Below, in pieces: positions 1 through 6,806 of a stretch of 32,000 nt of DNA. Both the position numbers and the translations under genes were made by a program. Within the stretch, counting starts at the first letter, position 1, and each line of letters opens with the position of its first letter. The notes beneath the pieces are model-generated. The model saw only the letters and a list, made by a program, of their open reading frames with translations. It was not told where the DNA came from and did not search any database. Source of the stretch: Okeania sp. (lineage in GTDB: Bacteria; Cyanobacteriota; Cyanobacteriia; Cyanobacteriales; Microcoleaceae); contig NZ_JAYKGW010000052.1 of the NCBI RefSeq assembly GCF_035285525.1, positions 1 to 32,000 of the forward strand. Reading direction: 5' to 3'.

Positions 1-118
1 AGAAATTTTAGAAGAGAAAAAACGATTAGATATTAAGCTGAGTTATGAAGTGCTGAAGTCTGCAGAAAAACAAAAAGAAACTCAAGGTAATCAGTTGAAA
101 TTTGATTTAGATATTTAG
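1..118 (+). CDS. 3' end of an unidentified ORF entering from the left edge (...EILEEKKRLDIKLSYEVLKSAEKQKETQGNQLKFDLDI*)
   Basis: Frame 2 is open from base 2 to TAG at 116-118. Composition is charged and coiled-coil-like. It is missing from the ORF track because it is open-ended. No family recognised. Confidence 0.35.
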   Translation, partial: EILEEKKRLDIKLSYEVLKSAEKQKETQGNQLKFDLDI

Positions 119-517
119 GGATTTTAAAATTAATCAAAAACAGGATTAAGAAGAGCAAAAATTAATCTTCAAGATAATCATTTTGACAATACAAAAGTAG
201 GGGCAGGTTAATAACTTCCCCTATACAAATTTAATGCTTTGATAGGCGCACAATATTTCAACTATGCCATAACTATCCGTGGAGTTCGGGGCATTTTATC
301 TATTTATTATAAAGCACAATAAAATAATTCAGTATATTTAAAAAAAAATAATACTTAATCTACAAAGTCTTTATCTTCCCGATCGTGGTAAATTTCTGAA
401 TATGAAGTTGCGATCGCTAACTCCAGAACCAAATTTTTATACTAAAAAATCAGGCGATCGCTCTATTAAACTTTAACAACAGAAGTTAATTTAGATTAAA
501 AATTAATAACTACTAAT

Positions 518-1435
518 GTGCAATTTTTTGACATTATTGAAGTTCCAGAAGATTCAATTTTAGAAACTGAACAACTTGGAACTAAAGATAAATTTTGGTA
601 TTGCCAGGATAAACTTAATTATTTATATAAAAAAGCTAGACTTAATACTGGGGAAGCTTGGTCAGAAAAAATAGCATCAGAATTATGTGAGTTACTAAAC
701 CTACCTCATGCACATTATGAACTAGCAATTTGGAAAGGATATTTAGGCACAATTTCTCCTTCTTTTGTACCAGAAAATAACACTCTTATTCTTGGTAAGC
801 AAATTTTAGTAAAAATAGATGAAAGTTATCTTGAATCTAGAGATAAGAAATATAGAGTTTCTGAACATACTCTTGATATTGTAGTTGAGGCGATCGCCAA
901 TAATTCTATTAAATTACCTTTAAACTGGAAACCTCCTGAAGGTATTGAAACAAAAATAGAAACTTTTGTTGGTTACTTATTATTAGATGCTTGGATAAGT
1001 AACCAAGATAGGCATGACGAAAATTGGGGATTTATTATGAATAATTCAATATATTTAGCACCAACATTCGACCACGCATCTAGTCTCGGTAGAGAATTTC
1101 AAGACTACCAAAAACAGAATAAAATAAATAATAAAGTTGTTAAAAATTATGTAGATAAATCAACGTCAGCAATGTATGACAAAATGGTAGATAAAAAATC
1201 TATGTTAACACTAGATTTATTTGAAAAAGCAGCACAAAAATATCCCAAAGCTGCTCTGATTTGGCTCCAAAATTTAGCCAATATATCAGCAGAGGATACT
1301 TTATCTTTATTTAAACGTATACCTAAAAATTATATCTCGGAAATTTCTATTGAATTTGCTCAAGAAATTTTGACAATTAACCAAAATAGACTTCTAAAAA
1401 TAAGAGAAAATTTGCAATTAAAAAATTATTCTTAG
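518..1435 (+). CDS. HipA-like Ser/Thr protein kinase, core (C-terminal) kinase domain only
   Basis: GTG start. The catalytic-loop-like motif LLDAWISNQDRHDENWGF fits the HipA D-x-H-x-x-N pattern. It is followed by APTFDHASSLG, a Mg-binding Asp region. LGTKDKFWY near the N-terminus resembles the HipA/HipT nucleotide loop. At about 305 aa it lacks the HipA N-terminal subdomain. Confidence 0.8.
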   Translation: MQFFDIIEVPEDSILETEQLGTKDKFWYCQDKLNYLYKKARLNTGEAWSEKIASELCELLNLPHAHYELAIWKGYLGTISPSFVPENNTLILGKQILVKIDESYLESRDKKYRVSEHTLDIVVEAIANNSIKLPLNWKPPEGIETKIETFVGYLLLDAWISNQDRHDENWGFIMNNSIYLAPTFDHASSLGREFQDYQKQNKINNKVVKNYVDKSTSAMYDKMVDKKSMLTLDLFEKAAQKYPKAALIWLQNLANISAEDTLSLFKRIPKNYISEISIEFAQEILTINQNRLLKIRENLQLKNYS

Positions 1436-2160
1436 CTTGGCAAGATTCCAATAGTCATGCTTGGTTTCCTGTAGGTTCTTTAACTTATAAAAATAATTGG
1501 TATGAATTTATTTATCTTAGAGGTGCAGAAGAAGCAAAAAAATTCGGCTTTTCTGGTGTTTGGTCTTTAAATGACTTTGATAAAATTTATCGCTCCCAGG
1601 AATTATTGCCTATATTTTCTCATAGAATTATGAAAAGAAGCAGACCAGATTATCCAGATTTTATTAGTTGGCAAAATCTCTCAGAAACAGAAGATAATCC
1701 TATGGTTTTGTTGTCTCGTAGCAGCGGTAAAAAAGTAACAGATAATTATGAAATTTTTCCTTATCCAGAACAAGATGAAAATGGTGTTTATCATCTATAT
1801 TTTTTTATTCATGGTTTCCGATATATGGCGTCTGAAACTATTGAAAAAATCAAAAAATTAGAGGTAGGAGAAACTTTGTATTTAATGCACGATGCACAAA
1901 ACGACTTTGACTCAAATGCTTTAATGCTACGCACTAAAGATTTTTACCTTTTAGGTTTTTGTCCGCGATATTTATTAAGTGATATTTTTCCCTTAGTAAA
2001 AGAGTATCGTAATTCAGTTCAAATAACATTAGATAAAGTCAATTTACCACCAGCACCATTACAAATGAGATTGCTTTGTCATTTAACAATAAAACATGAT
2101 AATTTTCAACCTTTTTCTAGCGAAATGTATGAATCTTTAGCTGTACCAATTTTTAGTTAA
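1417..2160 (+). CDS. HipS-like (HipA N-terminal subdomain-like) + HIRAN domain protein; start undefined
   Basis: Frame 1 is open from 1390. The stretch LAWQDSNSHAWFPVGSLTYKNNWYEFIYLRGAEEAKKFGF...YRSQELLPIFSHRIMKRSRPDY resembles the HipA N-subdomain/HipS. The C-terminal FIHGFRY...LEVGETLYLMHDAQNDFDSNALMLRT...LGFCPRYL matches HIRAN. There is no ATG/GTG/TTG between 1390 and the track's TTG at 1606, only ATT at 1417, so the 5' coordinate is nominal. Confidence 0.7.
   Translation: MKKLFLAWQDSNSHAWFPVGSLTYKNNWYEFIYLRGAEEAKKFGFSGVWSLNDFDKIYRSQELLPIFSHRIMKRSRPDYPDFISWQNLSETEDNPMVLLSRSSGKKVTDNYEIFPYPEQDENGVYHLYFFIHGFRYMASETIEKIKKLEVGETLYLMHDAQNDFDSNALMLRTKDFYLLGFCPRYLLSDIFPLVKEYRNSVQITLDKVNLPPAPLQMRLLCHLTIKHDNFQPFSSEMYESLAVPIFS
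1420..1426 (+). promoter_or_regulatory. Candidate -1 frameshift heptamer A_AAA_AAT (A6 tract) linking the kinase frame to the HipS-HIRAN frame
   Basis: Kinase zero-frame codons are AAA (1421-1423) and AAT (1424-1426), preceded by A1420, which is X_XXY_YYZ phasing. The -1 frame continues TTA TTC TTA GCT TGG, giving LFLAW. Function is untested. Confidence 0.3.
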
Positions 2161-2162
2161 AT

Positions 2163-2274
2163 AGGATTTACGCAGAAACCGGGTTTCTTGGTGGCTTTGC
2201 TTACAGTGCTTTTCCCGAAGTAGGGACGTTGCATGCAACGTCCCTACTAGATATGGTGGTTATGCGTAAGTCCT
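2163..2274. mobile_element. MITE-like element (TIR aggatttacgca / tgcgtaagtcct)
   Basis: 12-bp terminal inverted repeats with 1 mismatch. It contains the palindromic core agaaaccgggtttct (2174-2188) and a perfect 28-bp palindrome gtagggacgttgcatgcaacgtccctac (2220-2247). A related copy lies at 5787-5885. Confidence 0.6.
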
Positions 2275-2333
2275 GTTTGATATTCGATAAAATAAATAAA
2301 AAGAATTTAACCTGAAATAGGAGTAATAAGAAT

Positions 2334-3701
2334 ATGTCTGTATATATAAATCACCTTGAAGCTAAAGGAATTTATGGAATTTTTGATATAAATTTAGATT
2401 TTCATCAAGGAGTTAATATTTTATTTGCTAAAAATGGCAAAGGAAAAACTACTTTGCTACATATTATTGCTAATTTACTTAATGAAGACTATGAAAAATT
2501 TGCCTTTATTGATTTTGATTATATTAATATGACGATGAGTAATGAAAGTCAAATTGAGTTAAAAAATAATATAAATGATGAGGAAATTATATTATTTTTA
2601 GATGGAGTAGAAGCAACAAAAATTCCTGTAAAGGAAATTATCAAAAATCGCTATATTAGAAATCAATTATTCCGTCCAATTATCGAGCGGGTGTCACAAG
2701 AAGTTCCAGAACCAGTTCAAAAAATAATTGGATATAATTTTATTTCAGAGTTAAAAAAGGCAAATTTAACCATAAACATTGAAACCTCAGAATCATCAGA
2801 TCAAAAATTGAAAGCTGCTTATTTTCCAGCTTTTAGAAGTATGATAGAAGCTTGGGCATCAACAGAGGAAAAAAGTGGCAAACTAAGAGACGCTTCTGAT
2901 GAAGAAAAGCAGCGACAAAAAACAAATTTTGCACGTCAAATTTTTGGGAATTTTGTTCCGTTAATTAACTATCCATCTCTTCTAGAAATAGAACAAGTAT
3001 TAAACCAAAAAATTTCTCAGGCTTTTTATGAAGTTAAACAAGCAGAGCAAAAATATTTAGGTGGTATCCTATCTCAGATATTTAATACTCTTTCCAAAAA
3101 TTCAAATACAATTCTAGAAGAAAATTCAAATACAATTCTAGAAGAAATCAAACAACTGAGTAACGATCTAAAGCTTCAAATGCCTGAAGACCTCCGCACT
3201 GCTGTTGAATCATTTCAAGCTAATGAAAAATCGAAAGATGCTGCTGTCAGGATTTTAATTACCTACAGAGAAGCACTGCAAAAAATATCTAATGAACAGA
3301 AAACTTATTTTCAGAATATTGAGAAATATCTAGCTGCTGTTAATTCATTTTTAGATAGTAAAGAGATAGAAATTATCTTCAAAAATTTACCAACTTTAGG
3401 CATAAATTTCCAGAATGGTATGCCTCCTATCCCTGGAATAAGTAAAGCATTATCATCAGGAGAACGTCAAATTTTAACCATGATATATGCTGCCTCTCAA
3501 ATGAGCGAACAAGAAATAGTTTTAATTGATGAACCTGAAATTTCTCTTCATGTTGATTGGCAACGTAAATTATTAGAAAAAATCTCTCAACAGTTGGGTG
3601 AAAAACAAATTATTGCTTGTACTCATTCTCCAGTAGTAGGAGCTGACTATGAGGACGAAATAATAATACTTGAACCTCAAAAAATCAAAATTATTAAATA
3701 G
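2334..3701 (+). CDS. ABC/AAA-type ATPase (AAA_15/21-like), AriA-like component of a PARIS-like pair
   Basis: aggag SD lies 9 nt upstream. Walker A is AKNGKGKTTLLH. The C-terminal region has the ABC signature SSGERQ, Walker B IVLIDEPEISLH and H-loop ACTHSP. The long middle insert is helical. Confidence 0.8.
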   Translation: MSVYINHLEAKGIYGIFDINLDFHQGVNILFAKNGKGKTTLLHIIANLLNEDYEKFAFIDFDYINMTMSNESQIELKNNINDEEIILFLDGVEATKIPVKEIIKNRYIRNQLFRPIIERVSQEVPEPVQKIIGYNFISELKKANLTINIETSESSDQKLKAAYFPAFRSMIEAWASTEEKSGKLRDASDEEKQRQKTNFARQIFGNFVPLINYPSLLEIEQVLNQKISQAFYEVKQAEQKYLGGILSQIFNTLSKNSNTILEENSNTILEEIKQLSNDLKLQMPEDLRTAVESFQANEKSKDAAVRILITYREALQKISNEQKTYFQNIEKYLAAVNSFLDSKEIEIIFKNLPTLGINFQNGMPPIPGISKALSSGERQILTMIYAASQMSEQEIVLIDEPEISLHVDWQRKLLEKISQQLGEKQIIACTHSPVVGADYEDEIIILEPQKIKIIK

Positions 3702-3762
3702 TTTATACAGCGAAAGTATATGAGTAAAATTAGAATAAAAAGGAAGATAAATAATAGTAATA

Positions 3763-4737
3763 ATGCCAAAATGCACTCCCAAATTTACTCCAAAAGAGTA
3801 CCGAATTTACTTGATGAATAGTAATCAAAAACATATTTTAGTTGAAGGTAAAAATGATAAATATTTTATCGAAAGAATGTTGTCTTATCTAGCAAATGAA
3901 ATAGATAAACCAGAACTCAATGAACAAGTTGTTGTAGATTCAGCAGAATTTTTAATTAAAGCTGATTCAGGAACAGGTAATAATAAGGAAAAAGTTGAGG
4001 AAATTGCAAATAGCGTAGTTGATAAACCTTACAGTCAAAGATTTATTGCTTTCATAGACCGGGAATTATATTTATTTAATTGGGATTATGAACAAACTCA
4101 AATATTGCAAGACAATTTTCCCGCACATAATATAGAAAAACGAATTATCAGAACACGAGGGCATTCATTAGAAAACTATTTATTTGAACTAGACATAGTT
4201 AGTAATTTTTTTAATATAAATACAATAATACCTAATCCCCAAATAGCGACAAATTTATTTAGACAAATTTTTAAATCAGTAATATATTCAGCTTGTACTA
4301 TTGGTTTAGCTGCTACTAAAACTAAGCTGTTACAAAAAATAGAATCAGGTATTCTCTGGAGAAATTTTATTGAGTTAACCTCTGGAGAAATAAATTTTTT
4401 GTTAGAAGATTGGTTAGATTTTTTGACAGATAAACGTAGTGTACCGGATAGCAAAATTTTAGAAATCAAGCAAAATTATGAAATTTATATTCAACTTATT
4501 AATCAAACATCTTTTGAAATTGTGAGATGGCTATCTCATGGTCATATTGGTTATGATTTTTTGAGAGAAGCATATATTAAATGTGTTATGGAAGTTAGCA
4601 AAGAAGACATTAGTAATGTTGATTGGATAGCAAAAGATAAGAGGGTGAATCTGTTGACTAACTATTGGATTGAAGAAATATTAAGTAATAACAGGATGTA
4701 TTTTAAAGAAATATTTGAAATGTTAGATTTATCATAG
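3763..4737 (+). CDS. DUF4435 / Toprim (OLD-family-like) nuclease, AriB-like
   Basis: HILVEGKNDKYFIERML is a Toprim Glu motif typical of DUF4435. Also present are IAFIDRE and RTRGHSLENYLF. It lies 61 nt downstream of the ATPase on the same strand. An alternative start is ATG 3814. Confidence 0.75.
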   Translation: MPKCTPKFTPKEYRIYLMNSNQKHILVEGKNDKYFIERMLSYLANEIDKPELNEQVVVDSAEFLIKADSGTGNNKEKVEEIANSVVDKPYSQRFIAFIDRELYLFNWDYEQTQILQDNFPAHNIEKRIIRTRGHSLENYLFELDIVSNFFNINTIIPNPQIATNLFRQIFKSVIYSACTIGLAATKTKLLQKIESGILWRNFIELTSGEINFLLEDWLDFLTDKRSVPDSKILEIKQNYEIYIQLINQTSFEIVRWLSHGHIGYDFLREAYIKCVMEVSKEDISNVDWIAKDKRVNLLTNYWIEEILSNNRMYFKEIFEMLDLS

Positions 4738-4816
4738 CAATTTCTACAGTTATAGCAAATTACAAGTATATGAAGCACAAATTTAATAATTAAATCTTCA
4801 TAAGTAGCGATTTTTC

Positions 4817-4876
4817 GGGAACCGTGCATCTTGCTCGCTTAAGTGTACCTCATAAAGGTGGAATCTCTTGTATAAT
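4817..4876 (+). repeat. About 55-nt dispersed repeat unit (family D)
   Basis: gcatcttgctcgc...gtgtacctca...ggaatctcttgtataat. Related units lie at 12070-12120, 16035-16090, 17814-17868 (inverted) and 23971-24023. Confidence 0.55.
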
Positions 4877-4983
4877 CTCCCTATATCTTCCTTGGAAAAA
4901 GATACTTTTTGTTGAGTCCCCCCTTTCCATCTACCGTAAACAAAATTTAGTATAACTATTTTCAACTTTTTATTATTAATAAC

Positions 4984-5784
4984 ATGAAACTACCAACAGT
5001 TCAACAATTATTTATTCATCCAGTCAAGGGATTAACGCCTCAAACTTGTCAGAATATTTTCCTAAATGCAGGTCATGGTATTAAAGGCGATCGCGCATTT
5101 GCTTTAATGTTTATTGACTCTAAAAATGAAACTCAACCTAAAGAAATACCTTGGATGAGTAAAAAACATTTTGCTGTCCAGAATGATTGGCCTGCTTTAG
5201 CTGCTTTAGATTGTGATTTTGACCCAGAAACAGAGATTTTAACTGTGCGAAAGCAAGGAGTCGAGTTGCTTAAAGAAAATACAAATCTATCTGAAAGTCG
5301 CGATCGCCTTAGTGCTTTTTTTACAGATTATTTGACTACCCTAGAACCCAATAAAGGAGCGCGACATCCTCAAAAAGCACCTTTGCAGTTAGTGGGGGAT
5401 GGGAAAAATAGTCGTTATCCAGACAGGGAACCCGTACATATTTCTCTCATTAGTCAGGCAACCATGAATGATTTGGAAGCCAAGACTGGACGAGTATTAG
5501 ATGTGCGGAGATTTCGTCCTAATGTAGTTCTGGCAGCAATGGAACCTTGGTCAGAATTTGATTTAGTGGGGAAAACGTTGCGTTTGGGTGATGCTCAGAT
5601 TACTGTTACTGCTAAGATTGGACGGTGTATGAATATTGAAGTTGACCCCAAAACAGGCGATCGCGATGTTCCCTTATTATCCGTGCTGAAAGAAAAATAT
5701 GGTCACGTTGACACGGGAGTATTGGCAACTGTTGATCATGATGGAGCAGTAGCAGTTGGAGATATTTTGGAGATTTTGTCTTAA
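4984..5784 (+). CDS. MOSC domain protein (YcbX-like, N-terminal beta-barrel + MOSC)
   Basis: N-terminal LFIHPVKGL and central ISLISQATMNDLE...LDVRRFRPNVVL, with RCMNIEVDPKTG, are typical of the MOSC family. Confidence 0.85.
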   Translation: MKLPTVQQLFIHPVKGLTPQTCQNIFLNAGHGIKGDRAFALMFIDSKNETQPKEIPWMSKKHFAVQNDWPALAALDCDFDPETEILTVRKQGVELLKENTNLSESRDRLSAFFTDYLTTLEPNKGARHPQKAPLQLVGDGKNSRYPDREPVHISLISQATMNDLEAKTGRVLDVRRFRPNVVLAAMEPWSEFDLVGKTLRLGDAQITVTAKIGRCMNIEVDPKTGDRDVPLLSVLKEKYGHVDTGVLATVDHDGAVAVGDILEILS

Positions 5785-5786
5785 AC

Positions 5787-5885
5787 AGGACTTACCCAGA
5801 TGAACCCAGAAACCCGGTTTCTTGTAGACTTCTATTGCTCAAAACAACCATTTATCCTAGAAACCGGGTTTCTTTGCGTAAGTCT
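5787..5885. mobile_element. MITE-like element, same family as 2163-2274
   Basis: TIR aggacttaccca / tgcgtaagtct. Two copies of the agaaacc(c)ggtttct core lie at 5808-5822 and 5859-5873. Confidence 0.55.
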
Positions 5886-5888
5886 TCT

Positions 5889-5907
5889 CCCCCCTTTCAA
5901 AGGGGGG
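5889..5907. terminator. GC hairpin between convergent MOSC and hsp genes (possible bidirectional terminator)
   Basis: cccccc-tttcaaa-gggggg is a 6-bp G/C stem. There is no clean T tract on either side, so confidence is low. Confidence 0.3.
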
Positions 5908-5935
5908 CAGGGGGGATTCTTTCTCTTCCTAAATC

Positions 5936-6364
5936 TTAACCAACATTCACCTTCACAACCTTATTTTTCTCAGCTTCAGCTTTCGGTAAATGCAAATGTA
6001 AAATACCATCCTTATAGTCAGCTTTCACCCGATCATTTTGAACTCTAACAGGTAAAGAAATTATTCGTTGGAAAGTACCATAACGAAATTCCGAACGAGT
6101 CAAACCTTGTTTTTCTGTCTTATTTTCTTGACGACGTTCTCCTTTGATTGCCACCGCTTCCGCAGTAACTTGTACATCTAAATCTTTAGGTTCCAAACCA
6201 GGAATTTCTAATTTTAAATCAATTGCTTCATGGTTTTCCTGCATTTCCGCTGCTGGTTTAAAAGCAACTTCTGGCTCTTCACCAGCAAAAGTATCAAATA
6301 AACGATTCATTTCCTTTTGCAAAGAATCAATTTCACGCCAGGGAGAAAAACGAACAATAGCCAT
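5936..6364 (-). CDS. hspA: Small heat-shock protein, Hsp20/alpha-crystallin family
   Basis: MAIVRFSPWREIDSLQKEMNRLFD... is followed by the alpha-crystallin core (AIDLKLEIPGL...DLDVQV...AVAIKGER...GTFQRIISLP...ADYKDGILHLHLPK). A strong aggaggt SD precedes the ATG. Confidence 0.9.
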   Translation of the reverse strand: MAIVRFSPWREIDSLQKEMNRLFDTFAGEEPEVAFKPAAEMQENHEAIDLKLEIPGLEPKDLDVQVTAEAVAIKGERRQENKTEKQGLTRSEFRYGTFQRIISLPVRVQNDRVKADYKDGILHLHLPKAEAEKNKVVKVNVG

Positions 6365-6806
6365 ATTTATTACCTCCTAAAATTATGTTTTATCTGTGAT
6401 TTAATTTGTTATTTATGTTTCTACCTTAGAGTAGATTTAGTATTAAGTAAGTGTGGTGAATGGGAAATATGAAATCGCAATTACCGTACTAGAGTTTTTT
6501 GATAGCCAAGTATCCAAAATTTCCCAATTCTTTTCCACCGAAACTTTACTTAAATCTAAGTTGAAATCAATTAATTTTCTTCAACTTGTCTTGATTGTAA
6601 TCAAGGTCAAAAAAATATTTAATTCGGTTTGTTCATCCGATGCGATCGCAATTTCCGTACAAATATTAATTTTTATAAAAAGAGCTAAAGAGGGTTCTCA
6701 AAGGTGATTTTCATTAGCTAAAATCGTTTAAGGCAACTCCAGGAAAAGATTCTAATTTGGAGAAGTCTATATTCAGTAACTATATAATCTAGGAGTGTGA
6801 AAAAAA

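Noticed and set aside
402-476. 24-codon ORF (MKLRSLTPEPNFYTKKSGDRSIKL) upstream of the Hip kinase as a candidate antitoxin or leader
   Set aside because: It is too short and has no HTH-like sequence. Its two GCGATCGC sites suggest ordinary HIP1-bearing intergenic DNA. It would be worth revisiting only if Ribo-seq shows translation.
473-500. Sigma-70-type promoter for the Hip kinase (ttaaca ... tagatt)
   Set aside because: Spacing between the candidate hexamers is 13 nt. The alternatives are poor matches, and AT-rich DNA gives many such chance hits.
3573-4469. Minus-strand ORFs 3573-3782 and 4176-4469
   Set aside because: They are antisense shadows of the ATPase and DUF4435 genes in very AT-rich DNA. 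Their translations are Phe/Ile/Lys-rich and not protein-like.
5800-6380. Plus-strand ORFs 5800-6048 and 6144-6380
   Set aside because: The first reads through a MITE and the GC hairpin. The second is the antisense shadow of the Hsp20 gene.
6365-6440. RNA thermometer in the hspA 5' UTR
   Set aside because: The SD (aggagg) has no convincing complementary ccucc or U-rich partner that I could pair by eye within the likely leader. This cannot be supported without folding.
6453-6707. 84-aa ORF between hspA and the RTX gene
   Set aside because: It has no SD and an AT-rich low-complexity translation. It sits in a divergent promoter region and has no recognisable motif.
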